NCBI RefSeq assembly: GCF_006345805.1
Contig: NW_021827570.1
Location: 1-27,982 of the forward strand
Origin: Octopus sinensis
Lineage: Eukaryota
DNA: 27,982 nt
Reading direction: 5' to 3'
Shown here: piece after piece, positions 1 to 9,795 of the stretch
Numbering within the stretch: position 1 is the first letter of the stretch
Layout: the number at the start of each line of letters is the position of its first letter
Notes under the pieces: generated by a model
The model's database searches: none
What the model was told of the DNA's origin: nothing
The model's input: only the letters and a program-made list of their open reading frames with translations
Position numbers and translations under genes: made by a program

Positions 1-197
1 CATTTCTCAGACGGGTTGCAGTTATCTCGATTTTGCGGAGGAAATCTGCAGTGCGGGGTTCGAGAACACCTGAAGTCACGATGGCGACCGACACAAACTG
101 CAGCCGTCAGGATCCTGTAATCTTTTATCTGCACTTATGACTGGTGTACATCTAGGGGAGTGTTTGGGATTGATGCAGTTATGAATGTTGTTGCTGC

Positions 198-232
<35 letters not shown>

Positions 233-454
233 TGTGTGTGTGTGTCTGTGTGCGTTTTATGCTTGTTATTGTCGATGTTGTTGATGTGTCTGGATTGAGT
301 GGAGAACGAGGAATGAGGATGTTGCTGAGTGGCAGGATTGTTGAAGTGGTGTTAACAATGACACTGGAGTGACGATAGGGAACCTTCTTGGTTGAATTTC
401 ACAAATTGCTGGTGAAGGTTTTATTATTGCAGCGGTGACATCAGAAGCGGAAAA

Positions 455-600
455 CCTAAGGGGTAGGAAGTTCCAGCCGTGACTGTCCCATCTTTTATTC
501 ACACTACATTATCTACAGTGTTCTATCTTGCATAAAAGAGAAATGTTTAGTTCGACGGAGATTTAATTGTTATTTCTAGCAAGTCGAGAAATCACACACA
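455..600 (-). mobile_element. Old copy of the same tail-family repeat
   Basis: The minus strand reads CTCGACTTGCTAGAAATAACAATTAAATCTCC...GATAATGTAGT...ACAGTCACGGCTGGAAC. Confidence 0.45.
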
Positions 601-721
601 AGCCCTCTTGTTGGTTAACAGTGTTGTTCTTGTTGGTGATGTTTGTAGTTGTGTTGAAGTGGTGTTAGTAATGTTCCTGGAGTGACTACAGGGAAGCTAT
701 TAGTGGTGGGTGTGGTGTTGA

Positions 722-836
722 AATGGCGCCATTAATAAATGTGGTGGAAGGGAGGGGAGGGGGAGGAGGGAGGCGTCGGTTGAAGAAGGAAGATTGGAAT
801 TACGGGAAATTAAATAAATTAAAGAGTTTGACGTCA
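722..836. promoter_or_regulatory. Promoter-like motif group: YY1-like palindrome, G-quadruplex motif and CRE
   Basis: AATGGCGCCATT (722-733), GGG-A-GGGG-A-GGGGG-AGGA-GGG (750-770) and TGACGTCA (829-836). Motif evidence only. Confidence 0.3.
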
Positions 837-1360
837 GAGGAGAGAGAGAGGGGGAGAGGGAGGGAGAGCATGAGAGACAGAGAGAGAAAGAGAGAATGTG
901 GAGAGTGGAAGGGAGAAAGTGGGAGTGAAAGTGGGCGAGAACGCTGGGAAGAAAAGGAAAGTGTGAGGGAGTTAAGAGAGGGGGACAAAGAGAAAGAGGA
1001 AAAAGAAAGCTGTAGAAGAAAAAGAGGGAGAGAAAGAGTGGGACTGAGGGAGGGGTCAGTGGTAATTTCTGTGTAGTGCGGGGGTTAGAGGGTTTTTAGA
1101 GTGAGTTGCTGGGACCTTAGAAACCCTAAAGGCTTGGCTATGACGGACGTGGACCCACTTAATGTCGTGCTGAGAGAACTGAATAGGAATCACATAACGT
1201 TATTAGACGAGATCTCAGAGAGAGGAGGAGAGAGGGAGAGAGAGAGAGAGGGAGAGTGAAGGGGGGAATGGAGGGGGAGGATCTGATGAAGATGGACGTT
1301 TGGGAGAGAAAATGTAACAAGAATAACAACAACAATAGCAATGTTGCCAGGAGTCTCAAT

Positions 1361-1440
1361 GTGGTCGTTGAACTCGCTAGAAATAGCTGTCAAATCAACC
1401 TCCAATGACGTGCTAGCGACTTGAAGAAAAAAGAGTGGAT
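1361..1440 (+). mobile_element. Short remnant of the same tail-family repeat
   Basis: Reads GTGGTCGTTGAACTCGCTAGAAATAGCTGTCAAATC. Confidence 0.4.
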
Positions 1441-1549
1441 GATATAGTTGTGGCTTCACTATGAATGAATATAGACGGGAGGGCCACGGATGGAATAGGA
1501 AGAAAAACAAAAACTGTGGAGGCAATAATAATGCAACACAAATGACAAT

Positions 1550-1726
1550 GAAGAGAGAAAGAGAGAAAAGAAGAGTGAGAAAGGGAAAGAGAGACAGAGA
1601 GGGAGATACAGAAAGAGAGAGAGAGAGAGAGAGAGAGCGACAGCCAGACAGACAGACAGACAGAGTAATGAATCGAAATATGATGTGAAAGCAATTAGCT
1701 GTGTAATATATAATACATATATATAC

Positions 1727-1818
<92 letters not shown>

Positions 1819-1833
1819 GATATATACAATATA

Positions 1834-1872
<39 letters not shown>

Positions 1873-1875
1873 TAC

Positions 1876-1934
<59 letters not shown>

Positions 1935-2317
1935 CATATACACATACATATACACGCATATATGTATGTCTTTATATAATAATCTGGCGAATGGTAAATA
2001 GTGTCTGGGGGTGAGATGTCATATATGACCAGATCACAGTGGTCATAATATAACCTTTAGGTCATACGATGACCAGTGTGACCACCTCCGTCAAGCCAAC
2101 CCTGACCCTTTCCTCCTCCTCCTCATTCATGTCCCTTCTGCTTACCTTTACATTCCTCCCCCTCTTTTTCCTTACATTCTCTGTCTTTTCGCTCTCCCCG
2201 TCACCTTGTTTGCCTTCCTCTCCAAACACTCCACTTAATGCCTGTCCGCCTGCTCGTCTGACCGTCTGCTTGCTTGCCTGTCTGTCTGTTGGCCTGCTCG
2301 CCTGCAAGTCTGTCTGC

Positions 2318-2399
<82 letters not shown>

Positions 2400-2452
2400 G
2401 TTTGTCTGTCCGTCTCTATCTTTCTGTCTGTCTCTGCCTGTCTGTCTCTCTC
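1550..2452. repeat. Compound microsatellites: (GA)n, (TA)n, (TCTG)n/(TCTA)n
   Basis: Visible directly: GA ~1550-1660, TA ~1712-1965, TCTG/TCTA ~2270-2452. Confidence 0.95.
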
Positions 2453-2462
2453 TCCTACTAAC

Positions 2463-2700
2463 AAAAAATGTCCACCAACCGAACAGCTCTCAAAATGGTC
2501 GCTCGATGTACTAGAAACAGCTGCCAAATCTCCTTCAGATTATTGTCTTTCACTTTAAACAGACACACCGAGCAATGCGTCTCTAGATCCACTGATTCTG
2601 AAATACTAAGAATAGAATAGATGGAATAGTCACGGTTGGAACTCTATTGATCATAGTTATTTTGGCCTGGGCTGGGCTGGGCTGGTGTTAAAACCATCAA
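2463..2700 (+). mobile_element. Degenerate SINE/LINE-tail repeat (CTAGAAAyAgCxgcCAAAT core family)
   Basis: The core CTAGAAACAGCTGCCAAATCTCC and 3' part GTCACGGTTGGAAC..TTGATCATAG recur in diverged form at 455-600(-), 1361-1440(+), 2700-2940(-), 4290-4368(-) and 9385-9566(+). Confidence 0.55.
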
Positions 2701-2940
2701 CGCAGAATTATCATTTCATCTACATCATCATGTTTTTGTGAAAGACAGTCCAGCTACGACCATTCCATTTGCTAGAAGTTAGTACTACATCACAGCAATA
2801 CGTGTCCTTCTACCTTATAGTTTAAGTCTGCCTGAAGGTCCGAAGGATATTCCGGTTTCTGGGTGTTTAGATTACTAAAATTTTGTTGCGGGGATTCGAA
2901 ACCGAATCTTTAGATACCCGGTCAGACATCATGACCGAAC
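2700..2940 (-). mobile_element. Degenerate SINE with tRNA-like head and the same 3' tail family
   Basis: The minus-strand head GTAGTTCGG...GGTTTCGAATCCCCGC (A/B-box-like) is followed by GAAGGACACG...GATGTAGT...ATGGTCGTAGCTGGA. Confidence 0.5.
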
Positions 2941-3149
2941 TACAGTAATTCACGTGATCAGTCAATTAAGCAACCATTCAACGTCAAGCCTTCTTCTAGA
3001 ATCTTCTTGTGCCCTATAAATGTCCGTTTTGGCGGTAATTTATTGCAGAATGTTGCGACAACCGAGTAAAAGATGCTTCTGTTCTTGCCAATGAGAGGAG
3101 CCAGGAAGATGGTCAAGACATGTTGCCGCATCAGTAGCTCTCCGCAATC

Positions 3150-3410
3150 TCTAAGCAGCACCGCTCTCCCAGTCTGTAACCATTGCTGTTGTTATCTGCG
3201 AAGGGCCAACGCAGTTTGTCGTTATGAGCGATGAGAAAATCTTCTGCGAAATGCTTGTGGCAGTTGTTCCGTTTACTTCTTCACTCAGCCCAAGAAACAC
3301 ATTTCCATCAACTCAACAACTCACCACCACCACAGACCAACCACATCAACAAACCGAAGCAATAAGTTCAACGTTTCCTCTCCCCACGCTTCTTCATGCG
3401 AGGCCAATTC
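3150..3410 (-). pseudogene. Possible degenerate hAT-family transposase fragment
   Basis: The minus strand reads GEETLNLLLRFVDV, then in another frame VFLGLSEEVNGTTATSISQKIFSSL...AMVTD. This resembles the hAT order EQLxxxxRFVD...FLGL...TTxxxIxxxIxxxL...xTDGA. The catalytic DESTD motif is not preserved. Confidence 0.4.
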
Positions 3411-3430
3411 CTGATAGATTTAACAACCAG

Positions 3431-3660
3431 CAGCTGGCAGAAACGTTGGCACGCCGGGCGAAATGCGTAGCAGTATTTCGTCTGCCGTTACGTTCTGAGT
3501 TCAAATTCCGCCGAGGTCGACTTTACCTATCATCCTTTCGGGGGTCGATAAATTAAGTACCAGTTATGCACAGGGGTCGATGTAATCGACTTAATCCCTT
3601 TGTCTGTCCTTGTTTATCCTCTCTGTGTTTAGTCTCTTGTGGGTAGTAAAGAAATAGGTA
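3431..3660 (+). mobile_element. tRNA-derived SINE, Meta/MESC-like central domain, tail type I
   Basis: Has an A-box-like GCTGGCAGAAACGTTGG, B-box GTTCAAATTCC and central GTCGACTTT.CCT.TCATCCTTTCGGGGGTCGATAAATTAAGTACCAG. It is collinear with six other copies in the window. Confidence 0.9.
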
Positions 3661-3679
3661 TACAACATTGAGTTGGATT

Positions 3680-3828
3680 GGAATAACATAAAAATGAAAT
3701 GCCTTGCTCAAGGTCACAATGCCCCACAAAGTGCGCTGTGACCTTGCACTCACCATTGTGGGACTGAACCTGAAACTACGACGAGGTTGTAAAGCGAGCT
3801 TCTTAACGACACAGCCAGCCCTGCGCCT
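3680..3828 (-). mobile_element. CORE-like SINE between the two Meta-like SINEs
   Basis: The minus strand reads GGCTGTGTCGTTAAGAAGCTCGC...GGTTCAGTCCCAC...GTGACCTTGAGCAAGGCATTTC. Confidence 0.65.
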
Positions 3829-3861
3829 TATCATATAACGCTTGTAATATTTTGGAAGCGA

Positions 3862-4257
3862 AGGCGGCGAGCTGGCAGAGTGGTTAGCACGCGGGGCGAA
3901 ATGCGTAGACGTATTTCGTCTGCCGTTACGTTCTGGTTCAAATTCCGCCGAGGTCGACTTTGCCTTTCATCCTTTCGAGGTCGATTAAATAAGCACCAGT
4001 TACGCACTGGGGGTCGATATAATCGACTTAATCCGTTTGTCTGTCCTTGTTTGTCCTCTCTGTGTTTAGCCCCTTGTGGGTAGTAAAGAAATAGGTATTT
4101 CGTCTGCCTTTACGTTCTGAGTTCAAATTCCGCCGAGGCCGACTTTGCCTTTCATATTTTCGGTGCCGATAAATTAAGTACCAGTGGCGTATTGGGGTCG
4201 ATCTAATCGACTGCCGCCTCCTCCCAAATTTCGGGCCTTGTGCCTAGAGTAGAAAAG
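3862..4257 (+). mobile_element. Dimeric SINE (full type-I monomer plus headless type-II monomer) with 16-bp target-site duplication
   Basis: Monomer 1 spans 3862-4093. Monomer 2 restarts at GGTATTTCGTCTGCC (4094) and ends in a different tail. Flanks are AATATTTTGGAAGCGA (3846-3861) and AATATTTTGGAGGCGA (4258-4273), with one mismatch. Confidence 0.9.
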
Positions 4258-4289
4258 AATATTTTGGAGGCGACAAAGACGACTATTAT

Positions 4290-4368
4290 TCTATCTGTTC
4301 TATATTAAGACGGAATAGCTTGATATTTGGCTATCTCTAGGAGATCCAGCGGCCACATAGAGTCGACT
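4290..4368 (-). mobile_element. Short remnant of the same tail-family repeat
   Basis: The minus strand reads GTGGCCGCTGGATCTCCTAGAGATAGCCAAAT...CCGTCTTAAT. Confidence 0.3.
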
Positions 4369-4756
4369 GATGTTGATTGACATTAAATTATGGTCGTCAG
4401 AATTGCAGTTGTCTCGGCTGTCATCATTTTCCTTTTCTTCTCCTCCTTCTTGTTGTCCTTCATTATTATCTCTCCTCCCCCCACCTACCCTAAATCACTC
4501 CTTACTGACCCCGCAACCCTCACCGTCCTCCCTAAACCTCTCCAGCACCCCCCAAGCTGTTGTAGGACTTCTGTTGTGACAATTAGATGGGATTTCCCCC
4601 AACATGGCTTCTCATCTCCTCCAGACAATGTTTAGTCCTAATCTCCTTGTCATCTCCTCTTCACCGCCGCCGCCACTGCCACCACCACCACCACCACCAC
4701 CACCTCCTCTCCTCCTCCTCCTCCTATTTCTAATGTCTAACTGCTTTAATCACTAC

Positions 4757-4877
4757 TATCTATCGATCTATACATATATCTAGCTAGCTAGATGCATACA
4801 TATTCGTATGTATATATAATATATATACATACGTTGACACACACACACACACAGAATATACATATATCAAACATATA

Positions 4878-4911
<34 letters not shown>

Positions 4912-5012
4912 ATATTCATATATAGATATTACATATAGTATATATGTACATATAATATACATACTATAAATATATCATTGCTTTCATATAATCTACGCAT
5001 ATGTGTTGCGTA

Positions 5013-5048
<36 letters not shown>

Positions 5049-5115
5049 TCTATCTATATCTATCTATATCTATCTATATCTATCTATCTGTCTGTCTGTC
5101 TGTCTGTCTGTCTAG

Positions 5116-5179
<64 letters not shown>

Positions 5180-5324
5180 CACTCCCTACTATAATACTCA
5201 TAAGCTAAAAAATTTGACTCAAAACTCCTTGTCAGTTGGGCGACTTAAATCCATCAACACTCCATCTCTTATCACGACCCAAACACGCACACACACAGAC
5301 TTACTCGAACTCATACACCTCGCA

Positions 5325-5392
<68 letters not shown>

Positions 5393-5866
5393 CATTTAAA
5401 CTGTTCTGTCTTGCAATAAACATTGTCTTCTCTTCAGCCTTACTGTTAATACCTTTTCAAATCAATCTCACGCGTTCATCTCTTCAGCTCACCACCACCA
5501 CCACCACTACCACAGTCACCATCACCATCATCACTACCACCACAATCCCCACCGCTATCATCATCATCATCATCATCATCATCAATACCCCCCCCCACCA
5601 CCACCACCACCACCAACCGTTCAAGAATTTGGACCTGGAGATCTCCATTTCCAGCGACTTCGAGGTCCACCTCCCAGTGGTGTCGGGTGTCAACGAAGAG
5701 CTCTCGACTACAACAAGACGACCAAAGTTTTCCCCAAGGTTTAGGGTCTTCCGCCCTTAAGCCATAGGCCATCACCTATCGCCCTTACCCATCTTGTTGC
5801 TTAACAACAATAACAGCAACAACAACAACAACAACAGCAACAACAACAACAACAACAGCACCACCA
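4757..5866. repeat. Compound microsatellites: (TA)n, (TCTA)n, (GA)~30 at 5328-5388, (CAC/CAT)n, (CAA/CAG)n
   Basis: Visible directly, with short unique spacers. Confidence 0.95.
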
Positions 5867-6640
5867 GTGAGGGGTGTTCTTTAACACGGTCCATTTCTCG
5901 GCCAGGCATAGGCAGTACCTCCAGCCATTGTCGAAGTTAGGTTTACACTTTTTCCGCATCGTCTGCTTGATGTCGTAATTCATGGTGTTTTCCTTCAACG
6001 AACATTCATACCTAAGCAGGGCTGTGAGATTACATCTCTCCTGGATATTAAAGGATGATTTACGTTTGTTAAATCTGATCCTAGAAGGGGTTTCTGTCGC
6101 GTACACATACTCCCGTACGTTTGCAGGCCCACTGGGGCCCCTTTGACGTTACCGCTCTCTCTCTCTCTCTCTCTCTCATATAGGACGGACTCTGCGTTGC
6201 AGTAACAGTCAAGCAGACATGAATGATGCTTCTGTATGAACACCATGCATCAATCTCAGGTGTGGGCCCACCTACTAAAGGGCCCAATTATTAAGATTTT
6301 CTTTATACTGGGTGCACAACTAAAAGAAACTCTTTTAAACGGGAATTATTTGTACGGAGATAATGTTTATACACTAAACCGAAGAAGGTCTTACCTACAC
6401 AGGTTTTGCAGTTAGGGAGAAGGGGTGTGTGAACCACAACACTTCCCAGGAGCATTTCCTCTTGGTGGTATTAGGGTCTAGCGTGTAGCTAATCTTACCC
6501 TTAAAACAGCTGATTACCGAATTTCTTGATATCCTATATCCAATGAGAAACCGGTTGCTAAGTTCGGCTGCAATGGATCTTTAATACTTTAAGATCAATA
6601 TGTTCATCATATTGACTAATGTACAAGTGCCTGGTTTTTT
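5866..6640 (-). mobile_element. Penelope-like element remnant: RT-EN linker and GIY-YIG endonuclease
   Basis: The minus strand in shifting frames reads EVLWFTHPFS / KTCVGKTFFGLVYKHY / RVSFSCAPSIKKIL / SCLLDCYCNAESVLYE / EYVYATETPSRIRFNKRKSSFNIQERCNLTALLRYECSLKENTMNYDIK...CKPNFDNGWRYCLCLAEKWTVL. This is collinear with the PLE pattern IIWFNPPYS, NVGKxF, VKVSYSC, CPLxGxCLxxxVVY, YIGxTE...RxxNHK, CxLCLxEK. Confidence 0.8.
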
Positions 6641-6667
6641 CTGACCTACGGATTCTTAGTCAACAAT

Positions 6668-6698
<31 letters not shown>

Positions 6699-6792
6699 GT
6701 TAGATAGACGTTTAAATAGACAGAGAGTCATATACACATATGTCTGTCTGTCTGTCCTTCTGACAGTCTGTCTGTTTAAATGTCTCACTAGC

Positions 6793-6876
<84 letters not shown>

Positions 6877-6877
6877 T

Positions 6878-6913
<36 letters not shown>

Positions 6914-7547
6914 ATCTATCTAATGTGGAGACTGATGCGTATACAAAGGCGTTGTCCTGCATGACAGATTGTGTGTGTGTATGTTTGCATGTGTATATGT
7001 GTGTGTGCGTACATGTTTGTGTGTGTGTGTGTGTTAGAGCGGGTACCTGTGTTTGTGTATGGTATGTGTATATACTCTGTCTCTCTCTGCATACACACAC
7101 ACACGCGCACACACACACGCGCACACACACACACGCACACACACACACATATATGAATGTGAATGTGTGTTGTGTTGGTTCTTTCACGGGATATTAGGGT
7201 TTCCCTTGTCTAAACCCGACATGCTGTGTTTATCAAAGTCAATGGGATTAAGGATCCACCAGCGTTCTATTGTCCTCGCGCGCCTTTATTCTTTATTAAA
7301 TATTTATCGATACGGACGTTCAATATCGATTTTACACCAATACGCATGCACCCCACCTCCATACGTATACACACATTCACATAGACGCACGTACACAAAC
7401 TTTGCTTGAAATACTAATTATTATTATTATTATTATTATTATTTTAATGAATTTATTAACAATACGAATCAGTTATATATATATGTGTATATATAGATAT
7501 ATGTATATATCTATATATATACATACATATATACATACATATATATG

Positions 7548-7599
<52 letters not shown>

Positions 7600-7629
7600 C
7601 CTATATACATATATATATATATACATACC

Positions 7630-7661
<32 letters not shown>

Positions 7662-7882
7662 CATATATATATACATATATATATATATATACATACATAT
7701 ATATACATATATATATAATATATAATATATATATATATATATAGCATGCATATATATATATATTCACATATACACACACTCACATACAAATAAATACGTA
7801 CATATATGCATATATGCACATATATATATATGTATATACATATACATACACACATATATATATGTGTGTGTGTGTATGTATG

Positions 7883-7948
<66 letters not shown>

Positions 7949-7955
7949 TGTATGT
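6668..7955. repeat. Compound microsatellites: (TCTA)n, (TG/CA)n, (ATT)n, long (TA/TACA)n
   Basis: Visible directly, with unique spacer ~7160-7410. Confidence 0.95.
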
Positions 7956-8302
7956 GTATTTGCACATGATTTTTGATTAGACTCTGAATAGGAGTGAACG
8001 AGTGCGTGTTGGCTTGGAAAGGAGCGGGTGTGGAAGGACATGTGAGGTGTGATGAGGGTGGGCAGTAAGGGTGGAGAAGTAATCCGATCGTAAACAATTG
8101 AACACATAGCTTTGTGATTCACTGATGGTGCTCCGATTGTATCGGATATCGATCTTGGCAGCTGGGCTGATTCTTGAAATGGTAGTGTATCGGACTTCCA
8201 ACCAGAACGGCATGCCGCTGGTTCGTGCACCGTCGGAGGCAGCGGTCGATAGGGGAGAGCTCATGAGTAGAGATGAAGAGAGAAAATGTAGGGGAGAGAG
8301 GG

Positions 8303-8352
<50 letters not shown>

Positions 8353-8391
8353 GGTGGAGGCAGAAGCGGGGAAATAAGAGGCAAACGAAAC

Positions 8392-8535
8392 GAAGGCGGC
8401 TTTCCGCCTCTCAAATTTCCCTCACAAGGAATGGGTTCGCCCGAGGCTACAGTAGCAGATTGGTGCCCACTATGCCACACTAAGGGATCGAACCCAAGGT
8501 AATATGATTGCCAAGCAAACTTTTTAATCCACCCA
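8392..8535 (-). mobile_element. Old CORE-like SINE, reverse orientation
   Basis: TTTCCGCC...CACAAGG...GCCCGAGGCTACAGTAGCAGA...GGGATCGAACCC...GCAAACTTTTTAATCCAC aligns by eye with the reverse complement of 15400-15565. Confidence 0.6.
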
Positions 8536-8821
8536 TCTCCCTTAATTCTTTCGAAGACTGCTAGGTATGGTCCCTTGATTTCTGTTTTTAGTTCTTCTTT
8601 CGATGACCCCCTTTTGTTTCCACAAGAGGGATCCTCTTCAACTTTACTTGAACTCACAACGCTAACCAATCCCTTTTCTTCAAGAGAAGTGCAGAGTCCA
8701 TGTGATTTTACATGGCCTCTGGGACTAGTGAGAAGAACGGGAAGAGACCTGGCCCGAATGTTTGCATTAATGTTATCATTAATATGGAACAGTCACTTTG
8801 AAATGGCAACTGACTTTACTT

Positions 8822-8885
<64 letters not shown>

Positions 8886-9384
8886 GTTTATTGCACTCAA
8901 CTTGTGTCAGACTAATTCTACCAAAGAATGATCTTCAAGCTACTTTAAAATTCTGTCAAAGAATTTACTTTTGAGATTCGCAGAAATGTTTTCGATGTGA
9001 AAGAGAAGTTAAGTATTTTAGTTGCTTTTCGTCGTTGAAATATTGAGAGGTCAAGAAAGAGAGGATAAGAGAGAGACATAAACAGAGAGAGGGAGATAGA
9101 GAAACAAAGAGGAACGGCGAGACAGGGGGTTCAATATTTATGGAAGGAATGGGTGAGTAACGATATGATAATCGGATAATCCAGCATTCCTTATAATTCC
9201 TCTTCATCCTGTGATGCAGTAATTCGGGTTTCAGAGTCTGGTCGTCCACTGATATGAGGTCAGTTAAGCGATGGTCAGTCAGGTAATTGATTTCATCTCA
9301 TTTAACTGACCTTTCCCAAATCGCCAGTTTATCTTCAGTCTGATCACCGGCGACAGCAAGGAAATCGAATTTCTAAGCAATCAC

Positions 9385-9566
9385 TTGAATTGCTAAACAT
9401 AACAATCAAAATTACCTCAAATCACTCACTCATTGTTTTAAATTGGAAGGACACATAACGCAATAACATAATCTTGGATATATAAAAAAATATTTATGAG
9501 GCCATGGCTGGAACGCTTTTGATAATAGTTTTACTGAAAGGAATCTGGGTTGGAGTTAAGCAACAA
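9385..9566 (+). mobile_element. Old copy of the same tail-family repeat
   Basis: Reads TTGCTAAACATAACAATCAAAATTACCTCAAATCA...GGAAGGACACAT...GGCCATGGCTGGAACGCTTTTGATAATAG...TAAGCAACAAC. Confidence 0.45.
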
Positions 9567-9631
9567 CTGACACGTAGATCATCCCCAAATAACTTATCTG
9601 GTATCCTTGTCCAGTCATCAAAATATTTAAC

Positions 9632-9795
9632 ATGGCAGTCATCCAGATCATCTGAAACCAATCGATGTCCATCCATCAAGCCATTTATAATGGCAGTCAT
9701 TCATGTATCTGACCTCTACGTCCATCTATCCAACCATTAATAATGGCATCCATCCAAAACCGTCTGAAACCAAACTCGGTTCATCCAGCAATGGA
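9632..9795. repeat. Diverged ~55-bp tandem repeat, 3 copies
   Basis: Units start ATGGCA at 9632, 9690 and 9743, each with ...CAT(C/T)C...TCTGA...CATC. Confidence 0.6.

Noticed and set aside
81-93. 13-mer ATGGCGACCGACA shared with 21748-21760, and 12-mer ATCGTCACTCCA shared between ~365-376(-) and ~21588-21599(+)
   Set aside because: Similarity does not extend, and matches of this length are expected by chance in a 28-kb self-comparison.
2880-2940. tRNA genes suggested by A/B-box motifs here and at SINE heads
   Set aside because: No complete cloverleaf. The motifs continue into SINE bodies.
5236-5760. 174-aa ORF ending FKNLDLEISISSDFEVHLPVV
   Set aside because: Mostly microsatellite. The short unique tail has no recognisable family.
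5757-5779. Hammerhead ribozyme at the PLE 3' side (minus strand GGTGATG-GCC-TAT-GGC-TTAA)
   Set aside because: The CUGANGA and GAAA core positions are not intact and stems I and III were not found.
8125-8502. Plus-strand ORF with a hydrophobic N-terminus as a secreted protein
   Set aside because: It runs into (GA)n and an antisense SINE, and has no recognisable domain or splice context.
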